Below, in pieces: positions 1 to 13,307 of a DNA stretch of 64,000 nucleotides. The translations under genes were made by a program, and so were the position numbers. A model generated the notes under the pieces. That model searched no databases, was not told the origin of the DNA, and was given only the letters and a program-made list of their open reading frames with translations. The stretch is from positions 1 through 64,000 of the forward strand of contig NIVC01000864.1 of NCBI GenBank assembly GCA_002269645.1. Direction: 5' to 3'. The stretch comes from Macrostomum lignano. Lineage: Eukaryota. The stretch's first letter is position 1. Every line of letters begins with the position of its first letter.

Positions 1-968
1 TACAAACTCTCATCTCCGTATTATTCCCACACCACCCCCGCGACCAAGGAAGCTGGGGTGATGGGCTTGCAAGGAAGTTGTCTCCTTCCTTTTCTCATTC
101 TTGAGCTGTGAGCCCCCCAAGTTCCTTCAGTTTTTGTTCTCGCAAAGCTGGGCCGTACAATGCATTGTTTCCCCCCGGATCGGGCTCAGTTCCTCACTAA
201 ACTGCCCAAGTCTCGTCTCGTTGCTTCCAACCCTCTCCTGTGTCTTGATGAGGCTCTAATAAGGCTCCTCCAGCTTCTTCTCCCAATTAAACGCGACCGG
301 GAAGCGGAGATAGAGGGGAGGGGGTCTGCATCAAAAATTTGAAGCAACAAAAACTGAACCGATGGGGAAGAGGCTGGGAGCAAGCAGCTTTTCGCATTCC
401 GCTTCCTAGCGGTTGATTTCTCTATCAAATAATTGGGCGATATTGCTGCAGCTTCAGAGCTCCCGAGATTCACGGCCTGTTCCATTGATCCGCAAACTCA
501 AAACAGAACTTGACCCTCCACCCCAGCCCGAAATTGTTTTTGTTAATTTATCCTCAAATCTCCAATTTGGTGGAAGGGGGGAGTTCCTTCATCAGCTCAG
601 GTTGCTCATTGAATAATCGACAAAAACCAAATGGAAGAGATGGCAACTCAAAGTATCAAATGCCCGACTCAAGGGGACCAGAGTCCTCTTTGATCCCTCT
701 TTTGTTCTTGCCACTGACTGAAAAAAAACACACAGCCGCTTGATTTACCTTGTCTTGCTTTTTTGATGCGATAGGAAACGACTGCTCTGGTGAGAAAAAA
801 GTCGGAGAGATAACTAATATCGGCTCAGACCAGTTGCTGTCATTCAACACTCAGACAGCCACTGAGAACAGCTCTCAGACAGAATGCGATATCGTTTGAG
901 AAAGAAGAGGAGGATGGTCTTGAGTTTCAGATGGTGCTCAGGGCCACTTTGAAATTTGTTCATTCCAG

Positions 969-3900
969 CACGCCAACATCATCGAGTGCTGCGACACGGT
1001 GCGCAAGTTCACCGGGCGGCCGGGCCTGGCGAACGGGACCCAGCTGGACAAGGCGTGGCACCAGCAGCTGCTGCAGCACCAGAAGGCCGCCAACGCCTGT
1101 CAGGAGCTGCGCGGGATCGCCTGCCCCTGTGCAAGGCGCTGTGCCAGTGCTCCGAGGACCTCAGCACCCACATCCAGGTCCTGCACTTTCCGATGTCGCA
1201 CATGGCCGCCGCAGCCGCTGGCTTGAGCCGCCCCGTCCCAGTCTCCGCTGCTGCTGCCGCCGCTGCCGCTGCTGCCGCCGCTGCCGCCGTCACATCGGGC
1301 GGCGCGTCCGGGTTCCCCAGCATGCGCACCCGCCACCGCTCGGGCCGCCACCACCGCCGCCTCCGCCGCCGCCTCCTCCGCCGCGCCGCCGCATTTCGGC
1401 TTGATGGCGGGCGGCGGCCGCCGCGGCAGCCAGCGGAGGAGGCGGCGTCCTGCCTGACTTCCAGTGCCTGATCTGCGGCTCGCCAGCCCGCAGCCTGCGC
1501 CAGCTGGAGGCCCACATGACCGCCGCGCACGGCTTCGGGCCCTCCGCGGTTGCCGCCGCCGCGGCCGCTGCGGAAGGTAGAAAACCGGCCTCGCTCCCGT
1601 CACTGCCGCCTCAGCCGCAGCTGCCAGTCCCGCCACCGCCGCGCTGCCGCCACCGCCGCTGGAGCCACAGGCGGTGGACAGCCCGGCGGGCTCCGAGTCC
1701 GGACTTGGCGGAGACGCGTCAGCGGGTGGCGCCGCTCCGCCGGCTGCTCCGCTGCTCGGTGAGCCTGCGGGAATTTCCGGGAATTTCCGGCTGCTCTGCT
1801 CGGCTTTTTCTACCCTAGGGTTTTATATCATAGCGGGAGGCTCAGTCTCCGATCCGCACCTTGCAGTTGTCCTATCAACCAATTCGCAGCAGCTCAAGCA
1901 CCCCCTGGCTTCCAGGTAGTGTTGATTAGTTTCTAAAAAATCTGGGAAACCTGATGAAGCTGATGACTTTCCCGAAAAAGTAGAAAATCCCTCTGACTGA
2001 GTTGAATGGGGAAACTGCTGGTGCCCGGCTGTCTGCTCAGGCCGAAATATTGTTGTGTCAGCAGCTTTTTCCCTTTGTCATTTGCATCGACTGTCTATCA
2101 GCTGCATCACGGACTTCCGAGTCGCTTCCTTTCAGCTTTATGGAGCCTCGCTAGCTTAAAATCGCTTGTGTTTTTTGTTATTTTTGTCAGTTGAAAAAAG
2201 TTCGATTGCGATTAAGTGAGAATAAGCGGGACCCAGTTGCTCCCGACTTGTTTGCGCCCAAGCCGCTCCCATAGCCCGCTGTCAGCATCCAGGACAGCCT
2301 GAAGATGGCCTGAATCCATATACTGAAACCAGTGTTAGAGTTCGGGTTGGACTCTGCCACTTTCATCCTAATCTCAAATCACTCATTGCTTCAACAACAG
2401 GAGGCGTCGCCAAGTCGTCTCACAGCCCCCGAGCTCGGCCTCAGCAGCTCCGGGACGGCCAGCCGCTGAACCCTGTCAGCAACAATTCTTCATCTTCGTC
2501 GACTTCTTCATCCGCTGCCGTCACCGCCGCCGCCGCAGCCGCTGCCGCCGCAGCCGACGCCGCCAACAACAACAGCCCGGGCGGGGGAGGCATCGGCGCC
2601 GCCGGAGTCGTCGGGGTGCACAACACGATGCGAAAGACCAAGTCGGATATGAAGGTCATCTGCCGCTTTATTCAGCAGGTGCGCGGCGACCAGCGCGATG
2701 TTCAGAGCATTCCGCCCGATGAGCTGGACGAGCACCTGCGGGAGTTCGTCAGTCAGGCCAGGAAGAAGGACGGCCAAGAGTATGAGCCCGAGAGCCTCAA
2801 GGCCTTCATCCACTCGCTGGAGCGGCATCTCAGAGTGAGTCTGCTGTGGCGTCTCAGTGCCTGTCTTTGTGACTGTCTCAGTGCCTGTTCCAGTGACTGT
2901 CACAGTGCCTGTCTCAGTGACTGTCTCAGTGACTGTCTCAGTGCCTGTCTCAGTGCCTGTCTCAGTGCCTGTCTGCCCGAGCACATTCCTTACTAGAACA
3001 GGCCTAGCAAAGGTTTCGCAAAGAAGGTGTCACTGACAAGAAACTGTGTTGGAGAAATGACAGCATGGGTCTCGGTGGCGACTCGCAGCTCAGCCGGCTC
3101 AATTTAGAGAACTGGGCAAGCGGCCTAGCAAAGCTTATCGTCAGATTTACCAATACCCGAGAGCAACCCTCCGTTAATCCCTCCCAGTCTGAACTCATTT
3201 TGTTAATTATTTCTTCTGCAGCAAATTTTCAGTAGTTTGCAATAATTGCTTCTGAGTAGAAATTCCCAAGACAGATTGCAGACGGCCGGCACTGCGGGTC
3301 TCAAGAGGGATTGTTCTAACAGCGGCGCGTCGATCCAACGGGCATCTGTCCCTAATCCCCATCGACCCTTCGCACAATTATTTCCCTACTCCGGCCATCA
3401 GTTCGAATCGAATTTTATCCAATCGATTTCCTTTCATAAGCGATGCCTTCATGTGCTGTGGTTTTGAGCAGGCGGAATCGCATTCACTGGCCGCTGTTTT
3501 GATGCTTTCTAGGAAAATACTTCAGCTGAGCAGCCCGTCCGTCTGCTGAGCACATTGCTCAACCATCATCTTAGTAACAACCAATTTCTAGCAAGTATCC
3601 CAGTAAACTCAGCAGGTTGGCATTTAAAACACCAAATTCCCAGTTATTCTGCATCCAAACATCATGACAAGGTTTTACACTTAGCGCAGCTGAAAGCAAC
3701 CGCAATACATGCAATAGTTCGGCTTCATCAGGCACTATTGGTCCAAACCTTGGTGGCAAAGTCAATATTTCATTGATATTTTCATATCATGTAAGGCAGC
3801 GCAGAAAAAAGGGGGGCTCCGGCCGCTCTTGAGGGCGCAGCTAATTAAATTATGGCGCGCGCGCGCGTGGATGCTGGGCTGCGGATGCAGCAGCAACTGG

Positions 3901-6900
3901 CAGATTACGTAGCTGGCAAGTTCATGTTTGAGATTTCTGTGATAAGCCGCGGGCCTAGAGACCTCCCCGCCCTCCTACTCACCTTCAAGCCTCTCATATC
4001 GCTGCTTCAATATTTGGCCAGCACAGGAATAAGAGAACAGATATCTAGGCTTGGAGGAAAACTCCCTGTCGCGAGTTTCAGATGGATTAATGCAAACTAA
4101 ATGGGCGTTGGGGAAAAAGGCATGCATAGCGGTTCTGCTGTTGGATTGGAGGGATTTTTCTGGGTCGTGACGCAAAGACCCCGGTCTTTTCGAACCGTAT
4201 GGTCTCAGTGCCTGTCTCAGTGACTGTCTCAGTGCCTGTCTCAGTGCCTGTCTCAGTGCCTGTCTCAGTGCCTGTCTCAGTGCCTGTCTCAGTGCCTGTC
4301 TCAGTGCCTGTCACAGTGCCTGTCTCAGTGACTGTCTCAGTGCCTGTCTCAGTGCCTGTCTCAGTGCCTGTCTCAGTGCCTGTCTCAGTGCCTGTCTCAG
4401 TGCCTGTCTCAGTGCCTGTCTCAGTGCCTGTCTCAGTGCCTGTCTCAGTGACTGTCTCAGTGACTGTCTCAGTGCCTGTCTCAGTGACTGTCTCAGTGAC
4501 TGTCTCAGTGCCTGTCTCAGTGCCTGTCTCAGTGCCTGTCACAGTGCCTGTCTCAGTGCCTGTCTCAGTGCCTGTCTCAGTGCCTGTCTCAGTGCCTGTC
4601 TCAGTGCCTGTCTCAGTGCCTGTCTCAGTGCCTGTCTCAGTGCCTGTCTCAGTGCCTGTCTCAGTGCCTGTCACAGTGCCTGTCTCAGTGCCTGTCTCAG
4701 TGCCTGTCTCAGTGCCTGTCTCAGTGCCTGTCTCAGTGCCTGTCTCAGTGCCTGTCTCAGTGCCTGTCTCAGTGCCTGTCTCAGTGCCTGTCTCAGTGCC
4801 TGTCTCAGTGCCTGTCTCAGTGCCTGTCTCAGTGACTGTCTCAGTGCCTGTCTCAGTGCCTGTCTCAGTGCCTGTCTCAGTGCCTGTCTCAGTGCCTGTC
4901 TCAGTGCCTGTCTCAGTGCCTGTCTCAGTGCCTGTCTCAGTGACTGTCTCAGTGCCTGTCTCAGTGACTGTCTCAGTGACTGTCTCAGTGCCTGTCTCAG
5001 TGCCTGTCTCAGTGCCTGTCACAGTGCCTGTCTCAGTGCCTGTCTCAGTGCCTGTCTCAGTGACTGTCTCAGTGACTGTCTCAGTGCCTGTCTCAGTGAC
5101 TGTCTCAGTGCCTGTCTCAGTGACTGTCTCAGTGCCTGTCTCAGTGCCTGTCTCAGTGCCTGTCACAGTGCCTGTCACAGTGCCTGTCTCAGTGCCTGTC
5201 TCAGTGCCTGTCTCAGTGCCTGTCTCAGTGCCTGTCTCAGTGCCTGTCTCAGTGCCTGTCTCAGTGCCTGTCTCAGTGCCTGTCTCAGTGCCTGTCTCAG
5301 TGCCTGTCTCAGTGCCTGTCTCAGTGCCTGTCTCAGTGCCTGTCTCAGTGCCTGTCTCAGTGCCTGTCTCAGTGCCTGTCTCAGTGCCTGTCTCAGTGCC
5401 TGTCTCAGTGCCTGTCTCAGTGACTGTTTCAGTGCCTGTCTTAGTGCCCTGTCTCAGTGACTGTCTCAGTGACTGTCTCAGTGCCTGTCTCAGTGCCTGT
5501 CTCAGTGCCTGTCTCAGTGCCTGTCACAATGCCTGTCTCAGTGACTGTCTCAGTGCCTGTCTCAGTGACTGTCTCAGTGCCTGTCACAGTGCCTGTCTCA
5601 GTGACTGTCTCAGTGACTGTCTCAGTGCCTGTCTCAGTGCCTGTCTCAGTGCCTGTCTCAGTGCCTGTCTCAGTGCCTGTCTCAGTGCCTGTCTCAGTGC
5701 CTGTCTCAGTGACTGTCTCAGTGACTGTCTCAGTGCCTGTCTCAGTGCCTGTCTCAGTGCCTGTCTCAGTGCCTGCGTCAGATTTTCTGACAGTCATTAT
5801 TAGATCATGAATGGCAAATTTACAGAGAAGTTGCCATTTATTTTGCAAAGAAGTAAAGACGAGAAACAAAAGTTGAGAATTCTCAGGATGGCCTCGCAGA
5901 GCTTATCGCTTTTGTGAGGCTCGATCTTAGCTTAAAGTGTACAGGGAGGAGGTGCTAGCTCACCGACTACACCTTGCATTGCGCACCTTGCTCTGTTCTA
6001 GTGTCCTCATTCGTGCAGACGATTTGAAGGACCGACAGTCACTCCCCATCCCCATCCTCACCGCGCAGACCTACAACTACAACGGCTCGGTTCTGCGTGA
6101 CGCCGCATTCGTTGGCACGAGGACCGCCATGAATGCCAGGCTGCAGGAGTTGCGGGCGATCTCCAGGACAACGGCGGTGCCAAAGAGCTTGTCGGTTGAA
6201 CACGCGGCGCATCTATTCAATTCTGGCCTGCTCGGTACAGACAGTCCGCAGGTGAGAGTCCGAATGGGGTTTAATTGCTTCTTTGATGAGATTGGGGCTG
6301 ATAATAGGAAGATGTAGCATGGTGGAAGATGTACCACAGCGGAAGATGTAGCACAGCGGAAGATGTAATACAGCGGAAGATGTAGCACAGCGGAAGATGT
6401 AACACAGCAGAAGATGTAGCACAGCGGAAGATGTAACACAGCGGAAGATGTAACACAGCGGAAGATGTAACACAGCGCGAAGATGTACCACAGCGGAAGA
6501 TGTAGCACAGCGGAAGATGTACCACAGCGGAAGATGTAGCACAGCGGAAGATGTAGCATGGCGGAAGATGTAGCACAGCGGAAGATGTAGCATGGCGGAA
6601 GATGTAACACAGCGGAAGATGTAGCATGGCGGAAGATGTACCACAGCGGAATATGTGGCTGTAAAATGGCAGCAAATGTAACATTAAATGATTAATCAAG
6701 TAATTTTCGGCAGATGATGAAAGAAAGATGGAAAGTGTGACGCGCCGATACCCGCAATCTTACAGTTACAATGCTGTTTAAAAATGATTTAAAAAATAGC
6801 TGGCAACTCAAGGATGGAATCGAAAACAGCTGTTCCAGTACTTAGTCAATGAAGCGAGCAGAATATCCGGTAGTTCTTGAGATAGGCTGGTAGCAACTCT

Positions 6901-9900
6901 ATCAAAATTGAATTCTTTCATTGAACAGACCAAACTGTATACAGGCAAAATGCATTAGTGATAGAAAGATCGCATCGTTAAATTAGCGGGGCGGCTACGC
7001 GCGACATTCAGAAGCAGAAATATCCGTTTCTTCTTGATTTTGACAAGCAAAAGTTTTTCTTCCAGCATTCGAAGCTACTAGCCAACCCCAAGTAGTTGGC
7101 TGGTCCCAAGCCTTCGCGATGTGTCATCTCTGCTTCCGCCTCTCAAGCCAATTTACTGTCCCGCGCTTCGCAGTTTCTCCCGATTTTCTGCTCCTAGCCA
7201 GAGATGGTTGCGAATTTAAAAAGAAAAGGAGAACGACCCAAAAATCCACACCGCAACCCCGCCCGTGTTTTATTAAACTTTTATACCTGCGAAAGACGCA
7301 GCAGCAAAGGGGAAAGAAGAAAGCTCAGGAGGGCATCAGGAGGTTGCTGGGGTAAGGCAGAGGCTGAAGCCGCATCGCGGCAAACTTCGTATCATTATTG
7401 CGAACGACGCCGCGGCTTGTAATAATATAAAAAAATGGAGGATGAAATAATCAAAATAGGTCGGGGGGTGTAATTCCGAATTCAAAATTTTCATAAGCAA
7501 CATGCTGTACAGGGAAGGATTAAACGAACCGAAGAAAAGATGATCTTGCACTGATCGGCATCCTTTTTCGGATCACTTGGTTGAGCTTTTAGCGAAGTAC
7601 AGCAATTTTCACACGCCACCTGAGCTTGTCAATCTGAAATTGTTTGTCAGCTGCGCCGGGGTTGCAGCAGGTAATTACGGAAACAAATCTCTTAAATCTT
7701 TAATGGGTCAGCGGCGGTTCCGCCCTGAATTTGGGGCGAAAGCGGGCCAGTCAGGATTTCCTGTGCAAGCACACTATTAATTCTCTTGGACATGGGGCAA
7801 TTTGTTTAGATAACAGATTCTCCAGACAGAATTTACACCGGGAGCAATGTGGTCGCATTTCCCAATTCTTCCGGAGTATAAAGGACCGCTTATTTTGTGC
7901 AGTGTAAAAAATGAAATAATAAAATTGTATAAAAAAGAGAAAAATCGCAGCATTTATTGAAGCCACCTGAGCGAAGGTTTATTGCGCCCCCCGCGGTCCC
8001 CCAGGCTTCCGCTCCCATGGGTTTTGGACTGCCGTGGCCTGGTGAAGCGCCTTATTGGTTCAACACAATGCATCGGCCCGGCATAGTAGCAGATGATGAA
8101 CCCGATTTGGGGACAAGCAACATGAAGTTGGAGCGTAAAAATTCAAAAGACTATTTATATATATATACAGTATATTTATACGCATAGCCCGTGCGGAAGA
8201 GCGGGGCCCCCGATGGTTATAATTGGCAATAAGCCGCGCGGGGCCTCCCGGCGCGCTCGGAGCGACTCGTGAAACACCCGTGAAGTCGGTCAGCCAATAT
8301 AAAAAAAGGGAATGCAGAGAACCGTCGAGATCAGAGCGGTCCCGCCACCAGTTCGCTACATTGTTTCAGGTTTAAAGAGCCGCTGAAGAAAAAATACTTC
8401 ACTAGGAGCAGCAGCGCTCGCGGAGAGGCAAAATGATGCGTGCCTTCTGGCGGCGAAGTTTAAACTTGTTGGCTCGCTACCGGCAGTTGATGCTGACACA
8501 GCAGAGCATCCACCAGTGTGTTTTTCAGTTCCTCTGTTGTCTTTTTTCAACTTATATCAATTTTCGTCTCTTGTCACAAGAGGCTGCCTAAAGCGGGGGC
8601 TAACTATCTGGCTGCAGGAGACAGTATCCATTGTGCTCGGTCCTTGGAATTCCATCTCTTACCGTGGCTGCAAAAGGAGACAGACACATTAGGTCGTATT
8701 TCTACCCATCCTCTCGATCTCTCTGCTTGAAACGACTTTCCGCTCTTTTGCCAGAAATTCGCTACTTTGCCAATTACATTTTATTGCACAAGGCGCCCAT
8801 ATATTTCCTGGTCTGAATGGCCCCCCCCCGCGCTTTTATTCGTCTGATTGCTGTTTCCTCGGCTCGACTGTAATATAGGCGACATTGTCCACCGATTGGG
8901 TCCCCGCGCGTCCGAAACAAATGCGAGATGTCTATGGCTCGGAGGGGCACTCGTGCGTGGCTAAATGCAGATTTTTGGTATCCAAGCCAAAGGTGGGGTG
9001 GAGTTCACCTGTTCTATGGAGTCTCATATCTCCAGAAAGCTCGATTTCCTCTGCTAAATTAGCAGCTCTGTGCTGCTTTTTTTGCTTCGTGTTGTATTTC
9101 CTCGACTATGTTGTACAAATTGAGCTTTCAACTTGCGCCTGGCAACAGAGAAACAATTATATCGGCACGATATGAGTCATACAGCTTTGTTGAGTAGGAA
9201 AAGTCACTCTATTCAACTGCCAAATTACCGGTAGACTGGAGAGCAGGCATTACGGGCTTGTTGAATCAGGGCTGTCCACTTGGTATATCGGACACTTGCA
9301 TATGCTTATTGAAACAGAGCGCAACTGCGGAAGCAGTCGGCTGCTAGCGGCATTAATTATTATGACGGCTGACGCCGAAAATTTTCTGTTCTCTACTTTC
9401 GGCATGTGAAATTATGAATATGAATTGCAGATTGGGCAAATGGAATTGCTTCTGGCTCTGAGCAGGGACACACGTGAATGGGTAAAAATAAGTCGTGTCA
9501 AACCGTCAAACCGAATGAAGTTTTTTAATAGCTGCAAAGAAACCTTTAATTATGCACTTCAATGATGCGAGTTGTTTTATCCAGGACTTTTTTTAGCAAG
9601 AACTCGAAGGTTTCATATCTCCGAAATAGCAGCCTTTTTCCCAACCCCAAAACTTCATATCTCCGTTGGGGTTAGGCTTATTGGAGATATGAAGGTTCAG
9701 AGATATGAAGTTCCGGAGATATGAAGTTTCGGAGATATGAAGTTTCAGAGATATGAAGTTTCGGAGATATGAAGTTTCAGAGATATGAAGTTCCGGAGAT
9801 ATGAAGTTCCGGAGATATGAAGTTCCGGAGATATGAAGTTTCAGGGATATGAAGTTTCGGAGATATGAAGTTACAGAGATATGAAGTTTTTGGGGACATG

Positions 9901-11555
9901 AAGTTTCGGAGATATGAAGTTTCAGAGATATGAAGTTTCGGAGATATGAAGTTTCGGAGATATGAAGTTCCGGAGAAATGAAGTTTCGGAGATATGAAGT
10001 TCCGGAGATATGAAGTTTCGGAGATATGAAGTTTCGGAGATATGAAGTTTCGGAGATATGAAGTTTCGGAGATATGAAGTTTCGGAGATATGAAGTTTCG
10101 GAGATATGAAGTTTCGGAGAAATGAAGTTTCGGAGATATGAAGTTCCGGAGATATGAAGTTCCGGAGATATGAAGTTTCGGAGATATGAAGTTTCGGAGA
10201 TATGAAGTTTCGGAGATATGAAGTTTCGGAGATATGAAGTTTCGGAGATATGAAGTTTCGGAGCTATGAAGTTTCGGAGATATGAAGTTTCGGAGATATG
10301 AAGTTTCGGAGATATGAAGTTTCGGAGATATGAAGTTTCGGAGATATGAAGTTTCGGAGATATGAAGTTCCGGAGAAATGAAGTTTCGGAGATATGAAGT
10401 TTCGGAGCTATGAAGTTTCGGAGATATGAAGTTTCGGAGATATGAAGTTTCGGAGATATGAAGTTTCGGAGATATGAAGTTTCGGAGATATGAAGTTTCG
10501 GAGATATGAAGTTCCGGAGAAATGAAGTTTCGGAGACATTAAGGTTTTTAGAAAGGAAGTGAAATGAAATGAATAGACACAAAATTAATAAAGCCACAAT
10601 GTACACTTGTACTCTTGATGTACATTCGTATGGTGGGGTCGATCAATAATTATTTAATAACCCTCACCCAAACAGTTGTTGTTGTTTTCCAAAATTAAAC
10701 TTATATAACGGTTGTTGTTTATTTGATAAAAGTAGCAGATAATGCAACAGAATACATGCACTTGATTTTAGGCTCTACTCAACACGCTGTGGTTCTTCAA
10801 TCGAGTTCACTTCTGCGTCCGTGGCACCAGTCGGCACAAGTCGCTCACCTGGGGCCAGTTCCAGGTGTTGACTAATATTGACGGCTCCGAGTTCCTGCAG
10901 TTCAGCCAGTGTCCGGGCGCTGATGAGAGGCGGTACTACCTGCCGGCCTCAAACTCCTACAGTGAGCTGCCCATCGACGCACTCGAGGTGTTCAAGGTAA
11001 GCAGTAAGCACAGTCCCTTATGAGCACAGTCCCTTATGAGCACAGTCCCTTATCATCACAGTCCCTTACGAGCACAGTCCCTTATGAGCACAGTCCCTTA
11101 TGAGCACAGTCCCTAATGAGCACACGGTGATTTATGAGCAGTCAGTTATGAGCTTAAGTCAGTGAATCATGTTTCACTTCTCTACTATTGTGCCACATCT
11201 CCAGATATTGTAACAAATAAACTTGCAGATTTACACAAACCTGAGACCCATCGAATGCCGACAGCCCTATCACCCGTTCTATCTGTCCGTGGACACCGCC
11301 TGGGAGCAGGGCGGCGCCTGGTTCAAAAGTTTCGGCGCCGGAGTGCACATACTGGCCAAGATACCCAAGAGTCTTGGCATCAAGGTGGCCGGCAGTTCCG
11401 GCGAGACTGCCGAAGACCAGGGCAGCCAGCTGGGCAGCCCGCTGGGCCGTACCTCACCGGCCAGAGAGGACTCCACCACCGGCTGCTGTCAGGCCGGAGA
11501 CATGGAGGACATCGACGAGGAAGAAGACATGGCTGTGGACATGTCGCGTCACTGA
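969..11555 (+). CDS. C2H2 zinc finger + DUF3504 (Crypton tyrosine-recombinase-derived) protein, KIAA1958/KCTD1-N/ZMYM/QRICH1-like; 5' end not identified
   Basis: Exons with canonical AG/GT and matching phases: 969-1758 (frameshifted), 2401-2834, 6069-6251, 10772-10996, 11229-11555 (stop). The spliced product contains NTMRKTKSD...ELDEHLREFVSQARKKDGQEYEPESLKAFIHSLERHLR|TYNYNGSVLRDAAFVGTR...LFNSGLLGTDSPQ|ALLNTLWFFNRVHFCVRGTSRHKSLTWG...|IYTNLRP...PFYLS...WFKSFGAG. These match recalled DUF3504 motifs. Two C-x2-C-x12-H-x4-H fingers: CPLCKALCQCSEDLSTHIQVLH (~1122-1187, needs a 1-nt correction) and CLICGSPARSLRQLEAHMTAAH (1465-1530). Confidence 0.85.
2852..2972 (+). repeat. 12-bp minisatellite (TCTCAGTGCCTG), short array
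   Basis: Starts ~17 nt after the donor at 2835; same unit as the array at 4200-5775. Confidence 0.9.
4200..5775 (+). repeat. 12-bp minisatellite (GTCTCAGTGCCT)n, ~130 copies, intronic
   Basis: Direct tandem periodicity; explains the VSVP/TETG ORFs. Confidence 0.97.
6305..6652 (+). repeat. ~17-bp minisatellite (CACAGCGGAAGATGTAG)n
   Basis: Tandem periodicity, ~20 copies, in the intron after 6251. Confidence 0.92.
9683..10535 (+). repeat. 16-bp minisatellite (GGAGATATGAAGTTTC)n, ~53 copies
   Basis: Tandem periodicity; two inverted unit copies precede it at 9611-9626 and 9651-9665. Confidence 0.95.
11005..11125 (+). repeat. 16-bp minisatellite (GAGCACAGTCCCTTAT)n
   Basis: Begins ~8 nt after the donor at 10997. 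Confidence 0.9.
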
Positions 11556-12721
11556 CCCTCCGACCAACTCTGCGCTGTTGTTGACCATTTACATGTATAT
11601 TAGTAGTAGTAGTAGGACTTCCGGTGTTCTTCACCCGTTAGCTCCTAGTAGAGCGTCTTCTTGGGAGTTTTCCGGGCTCTGATGGCGCACACATTTGAGC
11701 TACTGCTCCGAGAGGCGCCTTGCCTGTGCGCGAGTCCTCATCAAAACCGTTCGTTTGACAGCGCAATGAGAGACCCGGAGGTCCTGCAGGCGCTGAGAGA
11801 CAACTGCAGTCAGACCAAGCCTGATCTGTAACTGTCTGCTTCAGCGCCTCCCGAATTACCAAAGAACCGCTGAAGTTTGCAAACCTGCCTGCACTTGATA
11901 AGCTGCAAACCCAATGCTGATTTCGCCTTCATGTTTTGGTTTATTTAACTGACCAAAGCTCTCCCTTCTCCCTAGCGATCATTTAATCTTTCGACTTTGT
12001 AAAACACCTTCTGCAAAGGTTTTTAAAACTGTGCGCATAAAATGCTTATTAAATCGGTCAGTCTTACTGCCTTAGCTACTTGTAGCAGTATGCTGAGCGC
12101 ATCGCCAGCTTTCTAATCGGTACACAAGCAGCCTCTCCTGCACCGTCCCGCGCTTTGCTCCCGCTGCAGCACAATGTTGCTATTCAATTCGCATGTTTTC
12201 AATAGAAGCATCTGCCGAAGATTGTGACTGACCCCAACTGGTTCTTGGTCCATTGCTTACAAATTTCCTTGTACATAATGTGAGTCCAGTCTCGATTTCT
12301 GCCCCTTCTGACTATCGTTTCCTAGAATTCTGACTATCGACTGAAGTTATTGATTAGCTCTCTTTGCTCATTGAAGCAGCCCATTGCGACACACAGATGC
12401 GGCACCAAATGCGTTGGACTGCTGGGCCGCAACAGTGCAATCCTTATTATCGCACAATTCTTCGACAATACGGTTGCGCGCTCTGCCCCACTGACAAAAC
12501 TTATTTAAGCGCACAGGACAGTTTGGAAGCTGCATTGGCGCGGCGCAGTCACAATTTTAGCTAGTTCGTCTTATTTGCGTTTTTCACATATTTGCAAGTA
12601 AAAAGTTAGCTATACTACTGTCTACCTAACAAAGGCTCTGGACATCTTTTTAAATCTTTTTTGTTAAAAAAAGCTACTGATAATTGGATTTGACGTTTAT
12701 AGCATGCAGTGTTGTAGCCTA

Positions 12722-13011
12722 GGGTGGGTTGCAGTAGCCTAGTGATCAGAGCGTCGGACTCACGACTGAAAGGTCGGGGGTACGATTCTCGATCCACTGG
12801 AACAATTTGTGTCCCTGAGCAAGACACTTAACTCTGCATTGCTTCAGTTCACCCAGCTATAAAATGGGTGCCAGCATTAGCTGAGGTAATTGGGGGTGTG
12901 TGTGACGACCCCCCAGTCCTTGGACTGAACAGCCGTACGCAGCCTTCAGAAGCTGTCGGTTGCACATCTGCCCATTAGGAAAGGTGTAGTCAATTACAAG
13001 TATTATTATTC
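12722..13011 (+). mobile_element. tRNA-headed SINE with MIR-like CORE block, copy 1
   Basis: A-box-like TAGCCTAGTGATCAG, degenerate B box GGTACGATTC, CORE-like TGTGTCCCTGAGCAAGACACTTAACTCTGCATTGCTTCAGTTCACCCAGCTATAAAATGGG, (TAT)n tail. A near-identical second copy lies at 22520-22828. Confidence 0.8.
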
Positions 13012-13307
13012 TTGTATTGTAGTGTTGACAATTTATTCAGAAATTTTGGAGAATTTATTTAGTTTAAAAAGTCTTGACATCTGATCAAACTTATGGGGTA
13101 AGCGACATATGCGCTAAAGTACAAAAGTACCACTTGAGACTTGGAGTCGGGTCTGGAGTAATTGGAAGCTCGTAGTTGTGCAGTTTCAAGACATCTTAAT
13201 CTATTTGGTGGCATTGCGATTTGTTTTTTCAAGAAAATCTCCGATTGTTTAATATTGTTAGCTTGAGACGTTTATTGAGATCAAAGTTTGGCAGTCTTCG
13301 AGATTCA

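Noticed and set aside
4087-5869. Long ORFs (363-534 aa) of TETG/VSVP repeats
   Set aside because: Translations of a stop-free 12-bp minisatellite inside an intron with clear flanking exons.
8290-8310. CCAAT plus TATAAAA promoter-like motif inside an intron of the DUF3504 gene
   Set aside because: Short motifs are expected by chance, and no downstream coding exon was found.
9593-10606. 337-aa ORF that looks superficially like a leucine-rich repeat protein
   Set aside because: Its 16-aa period is three copies of a 16-bp DNA unit; intronic.
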